DNA of 64,000 bases from Candidatus Kaiserbacteria bacterium (GTDB lineage: Bacteria > Patescibacteriota > Minisyncoccia > Phycocordibacterales > UBA2100), in the NCBI GenBank assembly GCA_016432285.1, contig CP066682.1, positions 188,273 through 252,272 of the forward strand, given 5' to 3'. The position numbers and the translations under genes were made by a program. Shown here piece after piece: positions 52,857 through 63,111 of this stretch. Below the pieces are notes generated by a model, which was not told the DNA's origin, did not search any database, and worked only from the letters and a program-made list of their open reading frames with translations. The first letter of the stretch is position 1. The number at the start of each line of letters is the position of its first letter.

Positions 52857-54791
52857 ATGGCACAGCCCCAGAGCGACCAGAAGCAGAAAAAGAGCAGCGG
52901 CCCCAAACTGCGCAGACCGCAGGGAGGCCCATCGATCTGGTTGCAGCTCGGGCTCGCGTTCGCGATCTTTTTGGTGCTCTCCGTGGGTTACTCCTTCCTG
53001 CGCGAATACATCGTTACCGAAAGCGAAACCGTATCGCTCTCCGAAATCGCGAGCGACATCGAAGCGGGGAAGATCACCGAAGTAACTGTCGCGGGAGACT
53101 CCGTGACCGCCACGTACGCCGACGGCACCGAAAAGAAATCCCGCAAAGAAACGGAAGCCTCCTTTACCGAAACGCTCGCCAACTACGACGTCTCGGCCAA
53201 TCGCATCAATGCGGTGAAGGTGTCGATCGAAGATGAGGGCGGAGCGCGCTTCTGGTTCCTCACCCTGGCGCCCCTCCTCGTGCCGGTGCTCCTCCTCTTT
53301 GGCATCATCTGGTACCTCTCGCGCCAGATGCGCGGAGCCGGCATGCAGGCCTTCACCTTCGGCCGCTCGCTCGCGCGTCTCGTTTCCCCAGAAGACCAGG
53401 CGCAGCGGGTTACCTTCGCCGACGTGGCCGGTGCGCGCGAAGCCAAGGAAGAGCTCACCGAGATCGTCGATTTTTTGAAAAATCCAAAGAAGTTCATCCA
53501 GATCGGCGCGCGCATCCCCAAAGGCGTGCTCCTCATGGGCGCTCCGGGCACCGGCAAGACGCTGCTCGCCCGCGCCGTCGCGGGAGAAGCCGGAGTGCCC
53601 TTTTTCACCATCTCTGGCTCGGAGTTCGTGGAGATGTTCGTGGGTGTGGGCGCATCGCGCGTTCGCGATCTTTTTGAAACGGCGAAGAAGGCAGGGCCCG
53701 CGATCGTCTTCATCGACGAGATCGATGCGGTGGGCCGCGTGCGCGGCACTGGCGTGGGAGGTGGCAACGACGAACGCGAGCAGACCCTCAACCAGATTCT
53801 CGTGGAGATGGACGGCTTTGAGCCCAACGAGAAGATTATCGTCATGGCGGCCACCAACCGCCCCGACGTCCTCGACCCCGCGCTCTTGCGGCCCGGCCGT
53901 TTCGACCGGCGCGTCATGATCGACCTCCCGGATCGGAAGGATCGCGAAGACATTTTGAAAACACACGCGCGTCAGAAGCCTCTCGGGCCCGACGTGAAGC
54001 TCTCCGTGATCGCGGAGCGCACCCCCGGGTTTTCGGGAGCCGATCTTGCCAATCTCATGAACGAGGGAGCGATTCTCGCCGCGCGAGAGAACAGGAAGGA
54101 GATCGCGCAGTTCGACCTCATCCGCTCCATCGAAAAGGTGATGCTCGGTCCCGAGCGCCGCAGCCATGTACTGAATAAAAAAGAGAAGGAGATCACGGCG
54201 TACCACGAGGCCGGGCACGCGCTCATCGCCTCAGTGCTGCCGTACGCCGATCCGGTGCACAAGGTGTCGATCATCTCGCGCGGCCGGGCGGCGGGCTACA
54301 CGCTGAAGCTGCCGCTTGAGGATCGGAAGATGCAATCGCGCAAGGAGTTTCTCGACGACATCGCCGTTTCGCTTGGCGGATTTATCGCCGAGAAAATGAT
54401 TTTTGAAGACGTTACCACCGGCGCCTCCAACGACCTCCAGGTGCTGACCGCGCTCGCGCGCAACATGGTCGCGCGTTACGGCATGTCGGAAAAAATGGGA
54501 CCGGTGGCCTTCGCCGCCTCGGCGCAGCGCGCCATTTTCGGCGAAGGAGTGGATGGTGAAGCCTCCGAAGAAGTAACGGCCGCGATTGACGCGGAGGTGC
54601 GCCGCATCATCGACGGTGCATACAAAAAAGCGGAAAAAGTGATGACGAAGCACCGCGGCGCCCTGGATGCGATTGCCAAAAAACTGGTGGAAGTGGAAAC
54701 GATCGAGCGCGACGACTTCGAGAAAATCCTCATTGCGCACGGCATCACCCCGAAGAAAAAAGAGGACATCGAGCACCAGCCGCTCGTCTGA
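52857..54791 (+). CDS. ftsH: ATP-dependent zinc metalloprotease FtsH
   Basis: 2 TMs, [30 protein letters not shown]. Confidence 0.98.
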   Translation: MAQPQSDQKQKKSSGPKLRRPQGGPSIWLQLGLAFAIFLVLSVGYSFLREYIVTESETVSLSEIASDIEAGKITEVTVAGDSVTATYADGTEKKSRKETEASFTETLANYDVSANRINAVKVSIEDEGGARFWFLTLAPLLVPVLLLFGIIWYLSRQMRGAGMQAFTFGRSLARLVSPEDQAQRVTFADVAGAREAKEELTEIVDFLKNPKKFIQIGARIPKGVLLMGAPGTGKTLLARAVAGEAGVPFFTISGSEFVEMFVGVGASRVRDLFETAKKAGPAIVFIDEIDAVGRVRGTGVGGGNDEREQTLNQILVEMDGFEPNEKIIVMAATNRPDVLDPALLRPGRFDRRVMIDLPDRKDREDILKTHARQKPLGPDVKLSVIAERTPGFSGADLANLMNEGAILAARENRKEIAQFDLIRSIEKVMLGPERRSHVLNKKEKEITAYHEAGHALIASVLPYADPVHKVSIISRGRAAGYTLKLPLEDRKMQSRKEFLDDIAVSLGGFIAEKMIFEDVTTGASNDLQVLTALARNMVARYGMSEKMGPVAFAASAQRAIFGEGVDGEASEEVTAAIDAEVRRIIDGAYKKAEKVMTKHRGALDAIAKKLVEVETIERDDFEKILIAHGITPKKKEDIEHQPLV

Positions 54792-54800
54792 TCGGCGCGG

Positions 54801-55886
54801 CTACCTTTTCACCTGCCAGCGGATGACCTCGTTGCCGAGGCCGTGCTGCACATGGCCGATCGGCCACACCTTCACGCCCTCGGAGGTGATCACTGGCTCC
54901 GTAACCTGCCAGTCTTTTTTGATGAGCGTGATTCGCTCCTCGCTCGGCTGTATGCCATAAAAACGCGGACCGTTGATCGAAAGAAAGTTCTCCAGCTTGT
55001 CGAGCGCACCGAGCTCGTCAAAAACTCCCGTGTACATTTCGAGCGCGGCGGGGGAGCAGAAGACCCCGAAGGTAACGCATGAGGAGAATTTCTTGGATTC
55101 GGGATGCGGAGCGCTGTCGGAGCCCGCGGACACGAACGGGAGGCCCCTTTGTGCGAGCGCGCGCACCCGCTCCCGATCCTCGCGCCGCTTCACGAGCGGT
55201 TTCATGTGGATGAGCGTGCGGTAGCCGCCCGAAAACGCCTGGCGCCGATCGTAGAGGAGGTGCGTCGGCGTGATCGTCGCCACGAGTTTTCCCTCCGCGC
55301 CGTTCTTTTCAATGAAATCGGCGGCGATGGCGGTCGACATGTGCTCAAGCGAGATTTTGAGCCTCGGGAAGGCATCGAGGAGCCGCGGCAGTGTATCTTC
55401 CACAAAGAGCCGCTCGCCCTCGTACGGATCCTCCTCCTCGTCGTGGTCGTTGAGGTGCACTTCGCCGTGGAGCATGAGCGGCATGCCGACGCGCTCCATT
55501 TCCCGCAGCACGTCTTTCGCCTCGAGGATGCTCCGGTAGCCCCACTGCGAATTGGTCGTCGCGCCGTACGGGTACGACTTCACCGCATACACTTTTGCGC
55601 TCGCTTCGCCGGAGAAACCCTTCGCGATCTCGGCGGGCGAGAGATTTTTCGTGAGGTAGAAAGTCATCAGCGGCTCGAAAGTGCTGCCTTCCGGCACCGC
55701 TGCCATGATCTCCTCTTTGTATGCCGCTGCCGCTTCGGTGGTGTCGATCGGCGGATCGGTGTTGGGCATCACGATCGCGCTGAAGAATTTTTGTGCAGTG
55801 ATGGGCGTGACGGCCCGGAGCATCGCGCCCTGCCGCAGGTGCACATGGGAGTCGAACGGACGCCGTATCGTTATCGAATCCGTCAT
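54801..55886 (-). CDS. pyrC: dihydroorotase (homodimeric type II)
   Basis: DSHVHLRQG, VMPN, KSYPYGATTNS, LHGE, LEHMST, GSDSAPH. Confidence 0.93.
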   Translation of the reverse strand: MTDSITIRRPFDSHVHLRQGAMLRAVTPITAQKFFSAIVMPNTDPPIDTTEAAAAYKEEIMAAVPEGSTFEPLMTFYLTKNLSPAEIAKGFSGEASAKVYAVKSYPYGATTNSQWGYRSILEAKDVLREMERVGMPLMLHGEVHLNDHDEEEDPYEGERLFVEDTLPRLLDAFPRLKISLEHMSTAIAADFIEKNGAEGKLVATITPTHLLYDRRQAFSGGYRTLIHMKPLVKRREDRERVRALAQRGLPFVSAGSDSAPHPESKKFSSCVTFGVFCSPAALEMYTGVFDELGALDKLENFLSINGPRFYGIQPSEERITLIKKDWQVTEPVITSEGVKVWPIGHVQHGLGNEVIRWQVKR

Positions 55887-55931
55887 CACAGAGAGTATAC
55901 AGCAAAGGCCGCAGTGCTATACTGGCCCCTG

Positions 55932-56837
55932 ATGCAGCATCTCGTGGAGACACAGCAGTTTGACCGAGCAGCTCTGAAGCGACTTTTTGAACTCGCGTCC
56001 TCGCTCGAGGGCAAGCGAGAAGAATCTCTAAAAGGCAAAATACTTGCCTCTCTTTTTTATGCGCCCTCGACGAGGACGCGGCTTTCCTTCGAGTCCTCGA
56101 TGATGCGGCTCGGCGGCAACGTCATCTCCATGGAGAACGCGAGCGAATCCTCCTCCGCGACAAAGGGCGAGTCCATCGAAGACACGATCCGCATCGTTGA
56201 CGACTACGCCGACGTGATCGTGCTCCGCCACACCGAGGTCGGCACTGCCGCCCGGGCGGCAGCAGTTTCAAGAGTCCCCATTATCAACGCGGGAGACGGC
56301 GTCGGGCAGCACCCCACCCAATCGTTCCTCGATCTCTACACCATCGAGCGCGAGATCGGTCGCACCGACGACTTCCACATTGCCTTCGTCGGCAACCTCG
56401 CGTACTACCGGAGCGCCCGCTCGCTCGCGTACCTCCTCGGCAAATACAAAAACGTGAAGATGACCTTTGTCTCGGGCCCCGAGCTTGGCATGAAAGACGA
56501 CGTGAAGGAATACCTGAAAGAAAAGAATGTGGATTTTACGGAGACGGAGGATCTGGAAGGAACGATGCAGATCGCCGACGTGGTGTACCAGACGCGCATG
56601 GCCGAGGAGTGGATTCCCAAAGGTACGGATTTTGAAAAGCTGCGCCAGAAATACACGATCACGCGCCCCATGACCGATCACATGAAAGATGGGGCGATTC
56701 TCATCCATCCGCTGCCGCGCGCGGGCGAGATCTCGCCCGACGTCGACGACTCGCCGCACGCCGTTTACTTCAAACAAGCCGCGTACGGCGTGCTGGTGCG
56801 CATGGCGCTCCTCAAGCTGTTTTTCGGCAAGGCGTGA
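55932..56837 (+). CDS. pyrB: aspartate carbamoyltransferase
   Basis: PSTRTRLSFE, KGESIEDT, INAGDG..QHPTQ, HPLPR. Confidence 0.95.
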   Translation: MQHLVETQQFDRAALKRLFELASSLEGKREESLKGKILASLFYAPSTRTRLSFESSMMRLGGNVISMENASESSSATKGESIEDTIRIVDDYADVIVLRHTEVGTAARAAAVSRVPIINAGDGVGQHPTQSFLDLYTIEREIGRTDDFHIAFVGNLAYYRSARSLAYLLGKYKNVKMTFVSGPELGMKDDVKEYLKEKNVDFTETEDLEGTMQIADVVYQTRMAEEWIPKGTDFEKLRQKYTITRPMTDHMKDGAILIHPLPRAGEISPDVDDSPHAVYFKQAAYGVLVRMALLKLFFGKA

Positions 56838-56874
56838 ATCGCGCTTTCCCCAGCGAGGTGCTATTGTGGCGCTC

Positions 56875-58008
56875 ATGAAGAAAACAGACGTCGCCAAGAA
56901 AGCGCTCGCGCTGCATAAAAGGCTCGGCGGCAAGATCCGCATCGTTCCCGCGGCGCCGATCCGCACCAAAGAGGAGCTCTCGCTCGTCTACACGCCCGGC
57001 GTCGCCGCCGTCTCGAGCCATGTCGCAAAGCACAAAAAAGACGCGTGCATGTACACCATGAAAGGCCGCAGCGTCGCCGTCATCTCCGACGGCTCCGCCG
57101 TGCTTGGCCTTGGCAACATCGGCGCACTCGGAGCGCTGCCGGTCATGGAAGGAAAGTCGGCGATTTTCAAAACCTTCGCCGACATCGATACGGTGCCGAT
57201 CGTGCTCGATACGCAAGATGCGGACGAGATCGTGGACACGGTGATCCGCATCGCGCCCGCTTTCGGCGGTATCAATCTCGAAGACATCGCCGCGCCGAAA
57301 TGTTTCGAGATCGAGCGGCGCGTCATCGAAGCACTCGACATCCCGGTGATGCACGACGATCAGCACGGTACCGCGATCGTGGTTGTCGCGGGACTCATCA
57401 ATGCCTTCAAAGTGGTCGGCAAACGCATGCAGAGCGCGCGCATCGTGGTTCTCGGCGCGGGCGCCGCCGGCACCGCGACCGCAAAGCTCTTGCACGTGGC
57501 CGGCGCCAAAAAAATTGTGGTGCTCGACAGCAAGGGCATCGTGAATCGAGGGCGGCCCGAGCCGCACAAGCGGGAGCTTGCGAAATTTAATACTGAGGGA
57601 ATCACGGGCGGGCTTGCGGAGGCCCTCACGGGCGCGGACGTGCTCCTTGGCGTCTCAGGTCCGAATCTCGTGAAGGCAGAGGACATCAGGCGCATGAATG
57701 AGAAAGCAATCGTCTTTGCGATGGCCAATCCGATCCCCGAGATCATGCCGGACGAGGCCAAGCGGGGAGGCGCGCTCGTCGTTGGGACCGGCCGCTCGGA
57801 TTTCCCGAATCAGATCAACAACTCGCTCGCTTTCCCGGGCGTCTTTCGCGGCGCGCTCGATCATGGTGTGACGAGAATCACCGACGCCATGAAACTGAAG
57901 GCGGCTCGCGCGATCGCCTCGCTCATCAAAAAGCCGACGGCCACCAAAGTGATCCCCGATATGTTCGACAAACGCGCTCCCAAGGCGGTCGCAAAAGCAA
58001 TACGCTAA
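56875..58008 (+). CDS. NAD(P)-dependent malic enzyme
   Basis: YTPGVA, DGSAVLGLG, GGINLEDI, HDDQHGTA, GAGAAG, GRSDFPNQINN. Confidence 0.93.
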   Translation: MKKTDVAKKALALHKRLGGKIRIVPAAPIRTKEELSLVYTPGVAAVSSHVAKHKKDACMYTMKGRSVAVISDGSAVLGLGNIGALGALPVMEGKSAIFKTFADIDTVPIVLDTQDADEIVDTVIRIAPAFGGINLEDIAAPKCFEIERRVIEALDIPVMHDDQHGTAIVVVAGLINAFKVVGKRMQSARIVVLGAGAAGTATAKLLHVAGAKKIVVLDSKGIVNRGRPEPHKRELAKFNTEGITGGLAEALTGADVLLGVSGPNLVKAEDIRRMNEKAIVFAMANPIPEIMPDEAKRGGALVVGTGRSDFPNQINNSLAFPGVFRGALDHGVTRITDAMKLKAARAIASLIKKPTATKVIPDMFDKRAPKAVAKAIR

Positions 58009-58070
58009 CCCAGGCTCACAACGCGAACCTTTGATGATATAATGTGGGGACCTCATTCGAAGGTTCACTT

Positions 58071-58736
58071 ATGACACGTTTTCTTGAAAGAGAAAGAGCG
58101 AAGAGCCTACGTGCGGAAGGGAAAAGCTACTCGGAAATCAAGGCGATTTTGGGCGTCAGTAAAAGCACGCTCAGTGAGTGGCTCCACGACCAGCCGCTCT
58201 CCGATAAGCGCATGCGCGAACTCCGCGACTCGAATCCTCGAAGAATAGAGAATTTCAGGCGAACAATGCAAAAGAAGCGGGAGTTTCGGCTACAGACCGC
58301 CTACGAACAAGCAAAATACGACATCGGCCCTCTATCTAAAAGAGATTTATCTATCGCAGGCTTCTATCTCTATTGGGGAGAAGGAATCAAAGCGCAAAGG
58401 GGCACTATTGGCGTCGCAAACACGGACCCTGCCATTATTCGCGCAGTTCTCAAGTGGATGGGATCATTCGGAATCGACAAAAAGGCGATTCGCGTGCGGC
58501 TGCATCTTTATTCCGACATGAATGAAAAAAAGGAAACAGCGTATTGGTCAAAAATGCTGGAAATTGGCACGGATAAATTTCGCAAACCGTATATTAAAAA
58601 ATCTGCGCTCACGGGTCTCACCTATAAGTCAGGGCATGGACACGGAACATGTAATCTTATTGTTGGAAATGTACCAATGTGGGAGTACATTACGATGGCA
58701 TTAAAGTATCTGCGTGAGCAGCACATGCGCCCGTAG
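58071..58736 (+). CDS. HTH plus LAGLIDADG-like domain protein, tRNA-overlapping
   Basis: GKSYSEIK..LGVSKSTLS.W HTH; AGFYLYWGEG and NTDP motifs; lower GC; stop codon lies inside the tRNA. Confidence 0.65.
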   Translation: MTRFLERERAKSLRAEGKSYSEIKAILGVSKSTLSEWLHDQPLSDKRMRELRDSNPRRIENFRRTMQKKREFRLQTAYEQAKYDIGPLSKRDLSIAGFYLYWGEGIKAQRGTIGVANTDPAIIRAVLKWMGSFGIDKKAIRVRLHLYSDMNEKKETAYWSKMLEIGTDKFRKPYIKKSALTGLTYKSGHGHGTCNLIVGNVPMWEYITMALKYLREQHMRP

Positions 58737-58798
58737 CTCAAAGGTTAGAGTGACCGGCTTATATCCGGTTGATCCTGGTTCGAGTCCAGGCGGGCGTA
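58727..58798 (+). tRNA. tRNA-Ile, anticodon UAU
   Basis: Cloverleaf: GCGCCCG/CGGGCGT acceptor, GCTC/GAGT D stem, ACCGG-CTTATAT-CCGGT anticodon arm, CCTGG-TTCGAGT-CCAGG T arm; CCA not encoded. Confidence 0.93.
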
Positions 58799-58853
58799 CA
58801 AGCGGTGTGGAATAAGGCGTTGCGGCGGCCTGCTCGCGTGCGAGAATGGAGGC

Positions 58854-60515
58854 ATGACGATCACCGCACGCCTTCTGGGGAGCGCCATTGCGGCGCTGCT
58901 TCTGGCGCTGCCGCAGGTAAGCGCCGCCGCGCAGGTAAGCGTGTCGATGGGCCCCGCTTCGTTCGCGCCACCAAACATCACGATTACTTCGGGTGACACG
59001 GTGATGTGGGTCAACTCCTCCGGCGTGGCGCACACCGTTACTGCCGACAACAACAGCTTCGAAAGCGGTGTCTTGCAGCCCGGCTCGAGCTACGTGCAGG
59101 CCTTTACGATCCCCGGCACGTACACGTATCACTGCGCGCTGCATGCTGGCATGACAGGGACAATCACGGTGGTGGGGCAGACAAACTCGCTGCCGACATC
59201 GGAGACGACGGGCAACAATCCGACCGCCGACGCGCTGCGCGCGCAGGCGCAGGCGCTTTTGGAAAAGATCGTGCAGCTCCAGTCGCAGCTCGGCGCGGGC
59301 CAGTCGGGCCAAACGGTGACGACCACGGGCTCTGCGACGCCGCCGACGGTTACCGTCGACTCGAGTTCGTGCCCTCTCATCGGAAGATCGTTGAAGCGCG
59401 GATCGAGCGGGGACGATGTGACGAGGCTTCAGCAGTTTCTCGCGCGCGACAGTGCGATCTATCCGGAAGCGCAGATCACCGGCTACTACGGCGCGCTCAC
59501 GGAAGCGGCGGTGCAGCGGTGGCAGGTGAAATTTAATATCGTTTCTTCGGGCACGCCCGACACGACGGGCTACGGAGTGGTGGGGCCGCGCACGGCGGCC
59601 GCGATCGCGCTCGTGTGTTCCACGATGTCGACATCGGGCGGAGGTGTGAGCACGGTGCCGGGCAGCACCGCAGCCTCTGTCGGCGGGTTCATCCAGGTAA
59701 CCCCGATCGCAGGTCCGGCGCCGCTTTCAGTGCGCGTGGTGGCGACGGTCAACACGGTCAACTCGTGCGCAGGTGCCACCTACACGCTCGATTACGGCGA
59801 CGGCACGGTGCCGGCGCAGATCGTGGTACCGAGCGGCAATTGCCAGCAGCTGATCCAAAATCTCGGCCACACCTACGCATACGGCGGCGTGTACACCATC
59901 ACGCTTTCCGCCGGCGCGCATCGCACCTCGGCGACAGTGACGGTCACGGGCGCACCAGCCGTGGTGCAGGGGCTGCCCGCACAGGCGGATTCGCTTTCCG
60001 GCACTCCCACCTCCGGCAATGCGCCGCTCACCGTGAGCTTCAGCGGCACGATCAACGGCGCGCAGTCGTGCGCCGGCGGCACGTACACGCTCGTCTTCGG
60101 CGACGATCAGAGCGTGCCGCTGCCGTTCGACGCTTCCTCGTGTGCGCCGCGCTCCTTCTCGGTGTCGCATCAGTACGCGCAAGCAGGCACCTACGACGCG
60201 CGCCTGTATCGCGGCGGCGTCGGCGGGGTGGCGGCGGGCGGCGTAATCCGCATCACCGTCAGTCCGCAGACGAGCGGCTTCGGGGCCATGTCGGTCACGC
60301 CGAACTTCCAGGGAGATCCGCTTGCGGTGGAAGCGGAATTCCAAGGCGGATGCCAAACGTTTTCGATCAACTGGGGAGATGGCTCAGGGCCCTCGAGCGG
60401 CAATTGCAGCTCCGGCACGATGACGCGCTCGCACACGTACGCCACCGTCGGATCCTACACCGTAACGCTGACGCGCGGCTCGCAGGTGGATACCGCGGCC
60501 GTCGTCATCCAGTGA
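58854..60515 (+). CDS. secreted protein: cupredoxin domain, peptidoglycan-binding domain and three PKD-like domains
   Basis: HTVT...YHCALHAGM Cu ligands; LKRGSSGDDVTRLQQFL...TGYYG.LTEAAV; DYGDG/FGDD/WGDG...H.Y repeats. Confidence 0.85.
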   Translation: MTITARLLGSAIAALLLALPQVSAAAQVSVSMGPASFAPPNITITSGDTVMWVNSSGVAHTVTADNNSFESGVLQPGSSYVQAFTIPGTYTYHCALHAGMTGTITVVGQTNSLPTSETTGNNPTADALRAQAQALLEKIVQLQSQLGAGQSGQTVTTTGSATPPTVTVDSSSCPLIGRSLKRGSSGDDVTRLQQFLARDSAIYPEAQITGYYGALTEAAVQRWQVKFNIVSSGTPDTTGYGVVGPRTAAAIALVCSTMSTSGGGVSTVPGSTAASVGGFIQVTPIAGPAPLSVRVVATVNTVNSCAGATYTLDYGDGTVPAQIVVPSGNCQQLIQNLGHTYAYGGVYTITLSAGAHRTSATVTVTGAPAVVQGLPAQADSLSGTPTSGNAPLTVSFSGTINGAQSCAGGTYTLVFGDDQSVPLPFDASSCAPRSFSVSHQYAQAGTYDARLYRGGVGGVAAGGVIRITVSPQTSGFGAMSVTPNFQGDPLAVEAEFQGGCQTFSINWGDGSGPSSGNCSSGTMTRSHTYATVGSYTVTLTRGSQVDTAAVVIQ

Positions 60516-60516
60516 T

Positions 60517-62688
60517 CTACTCCACGTGGAGATCTTTTTCCGCGCTCGCCGTGCGCGCCAGGAGCGCGGGGTGCGCAGCGAGCGCCGGATCGCTTTTGAT
60601 GAGCAGTAGCGCCTCTTCGCGCGCGGCGCGGATGAGCTTCAGGTTTTTGAGTGCCTCCATGCCAAGATCCGAAACGCCCCACTGCTGTCTGCCGTAGAGA
60701 TCTCCCGCGCCGCGCGCTTCGAGATCCGCTTCGGCGAGCTTGAAGCCGTCGGCACTTTCCGCAAGCGCTTGGAGCCGCTTCGTGGACGCCTCACCCTTGC
60801 TCTCAGGCAGCAAGAAACAGTACGGCGAAAAGCTCGAGCGTTGCACGCGGCCACGGAGCTGGTGCAGCTGCGCGAGGCCGAAGCGCTCCGCGCCTTCGAT
60901 GAGGATGCAGGTGGCGTTCGGCACATTGATGCCCACCTCCACGACCGAGGTGGCCACGAGAATCCGGATCTTATTTTCGTCGAACTGCCGCATCACGTTT
61001 TCTTTCTCTTCCTTTTTCATGGCGCCATGGAGGAGCCCCACGGCATACTCGGGAAAGACGTCTTTCTGCAAACGCTTCGCCTCCGCTTTCGCCGATTTGG
61101 CCTGGAGCGCGCCGATTTTGGCAGGGTCGGGCTCTTCGATGCGCGGACAGATCACGTACGCCTGCCGCCCCTTCCGAAGCTCCTCGCGCACCTTTTCGTA
61201 CGCGATTTCGCGCTCCGTGGGAGCCACGATGTGTGTCGTGATCCGCGCCCGCCCGGGTGGCAGTTCGTCGAGGATCGAAAGATCCAAATCGCCATAGAGG
61301 GTGAGTGCGAGTGTACGGGGGATCGGCGTCGCGGTCATCGAGAGGAAGTGCGGCGCGGAATCGCCCTTACGGGCGAGTGCGCGCCGCTGCTTCGTGCCGA
61401 AGCGGTGCTGCTCGTCGACGATCGCATACGCGAGGTGCTGAAATTTGACGCTCTTTTGAATCAAGGCGTGCGTCCCGACGAGCATGGCAATCTCGCCCCC
61501 CGCCACCCATTTCAAAAGCTGCGCGCGCGAAATGTCCGTCGCCTTGGAGCGCGAGATTTTTGAGGGAAACTTTTTGCAGCCGCTTCCCGTAATGAGCGCG
61601 ATGTTGATCGGGAGGTGGCTGAAGTATTCGATAAAAGAGTTGAAGTGCTGCGTCGCCAGAATTTCCGTCGGCGCCATGTACGCCACCTGGAGCGTGCCCG
61701 ACGTGCGGCCCGGCGGGCGGGAGCAGACGACCGCATAGGCGCTCGCCGCCGCGACGAGCGTCTTGCCGCTCCCCACATCGCCCTCCAAAAGGCGCGCCAT
61801 GGGGTGCGGTTTCTCAAAGTCTGCGAGGATCTCGCGGATCGCTCGCTGTTGCGCGCCGGTCGGCTCCACGTCTTGCGCATCGAGGAATCTCGCAGCGAGT
61901 GCAGCCCCCTCCGCGATGGGGAAAGCCGGCTGCGAGTCGTTGTCGCGGCGCTCGCGCGCCCGCGCTACCTGGATCGAAAAGATCTCCTCAAATGCAAAAC
62001 GTTTCCGGGCCGCTTCCGCGTGCGTCTTTTTTTCCGGCTTGTGGATCCAGACGAGCGCCGAGCCGATGTCGGGAAGATTGTAGCGCTGTCGCACTATCGC
62101 AGGGACCGGATCTTCAATCTGCGCGGCCACACCGGAAGCGAAGACACGTTCGATCGCGTGGAAAAACCAGCGGGAGGTGATGCCGCGGCTTTCGGGGTAG
62201 ACGGGGAAGATGCTCGGACTCTCGCTCGCTTTGTGTTCGTCAAAAAGACCTTCAGCCTGCCCGGCCAGGGGAACCATGCCGGGCGGCAGGTGCTCGATCT
62301 CCGGGTTCGCGATGTACGGCCGATCCTGCTTGCCGCCCACGGTGCCCGTCATTTTTACGGCGCTGCCCTCCTGCACGTAGGAGGCTATGTACGGCTGGTT
62401 GAACCACATCACCTTCACGCGGCCGGAGGCATCCTCAAACACTCCTTCGGTGATGTTGCGGCGGCTTTTCCAGAGCTTTTTTGCCTTGAGTTTGCTGAGG
62501 GTCCCAAAGAGCGTGACCTTGGTGCCGGGGATCAGGTTTTGCACCCGCACCGAGGTGCCCGCCGATTCGTACCTCGTGGGGAAGTGCCGCAGCAGATCTC
62601 CCACCGTATGGAGCGAAAGTCGCCGCAGCGCGCTCAGTTGCGGCGGCGAGAGTCGAAAATGTTGCGAAAGAGGATCGTCAGGCTTCAC
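60517..62688 (-). CDS. recG: ATP-dependent DNA helicase RecG
   Basis: RLLEGDVGSGKT, MAPTEILA, DEQHRFG, MTATPIPRTL, QLHQLRGRV. Confidence 0.96.
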   Translation of the reverse strand: MKPDDPLSQHFRLSPPQLSALRRLSLHTVGDLLRHFPTRYESAGTSVRVQNLIPGTKVTLFGTLSKLKAKKLWKSRRNITEGVFEDASGRVKVMWFNQPYIASYVQEGSAVKMTGTVGGKQDRPYIANPEIEHLPPGMVPLAGQAEGLFDEHKASESPSIFPVYPESRGITSRWFFHAIERVFASGVAAQIEDPVPAIVRQRYNLPDIGSALVWIHKPEKKTHAEAARKRFAFEEIFSIQVARARERRDNDSQPAFPIAEGAALAARFLDAQDVEPTGAQQRAIREILADFEKPHPMARLLEGDVGSGKTLVAAASAYAVVCSRPPGRTSGTLQVAYMAPTEILATQHFNSFIEYFSHLPINIALITGSGCKKFPSKISRSKATDISRAQLLKWVAGGEIAMLVGTHALIQKSVKFQHLAYAIVDEQHRFGTKQRRALARKGDSAPHFLSMTATPIPRTLALTLYGDLDLSILDELPPGRARITTHIVAPTEREIAYEKVREELRKGRQAYVICPRIEEPDPAKIGALQAKSAKAEAKRLQKDVFPEYAVGLLHGAMKKEEKENVMRQFDENKIRILVATSVVEVGINVPNATCILIEGAERFGLAQLHQLRGRVQRSSFSPYCFLLPESKGEASTKRLQALAESADGFKLAEADLEARGAGDLYGRQQWGVSDLGMEALKNLKLIRAAREEALLLIKSDPALAAHPALLARTASAEKDLHVE

Positions 62689-62832
62689 CCCCTCATTATA
62701 TTTGTTTTGTAGGTTTTCTCATTTCGAGCCTTGTTGCGTAGTTATGCACACATGCGCGCCGCGAGGCTTGCAAGCAAAAACACCCTCGGTACTATATTCG
62801 TGTTTGGCCATTAGAAGTCTAGGCAAACGGGT

Positions 62833-62970
62833 ATGTTTAGCGACGATCACGACGAAGAAAAAGATCAATTAAACGATGCGGCGATCGAGGAGGCGCTCGA
62901 CGACACTGAAGACGAAGAAGAGGAGGAGGTCGGCACGTCGGAGGGCGAGGGGGAGGAGCGGTACGAGTAG
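62833..62970 (+). CDS. very acidic 45-aa microprotein (not in ORF track)
   Basis: MFSDDHDEEKDQLNDAAIEEALDDTEDEEEEEVGTSEGEGEERYE; upstream TTGCAA...TACTAT promoter-like sequence. Confidence 0.55.
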   Translation: MFSDDHDEEKDQLNDAAIEEALDDTEDEEEEEVGTSEGEGEERYE

Positions 62971-62977
62971 GGCGCTC

Positions 62978-63073
62978 GCGGGGAAACCTCTCGCGAGTCC
63001 GGGTTTTTTCTGCTGAAAAAATCCTCGAATCCTCGGCCGCCGCCTGCGGAAGCCTCGCGAGAGGTTTCCCCGC
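62978..63073. repeat. 96-bp element with perfect 20-bp terminal inverted repeats
   Basis: GCGGGGAAACCTCTCGCGAG ... CTCGCGAGAGGTTTCCCCGC with internal hairpin. Confidence 0.75.
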
Positions 63074-63111
63074 TCGCTTGGAGGTTTAAAAAGAGGATGT
63101 AAAATTACACC

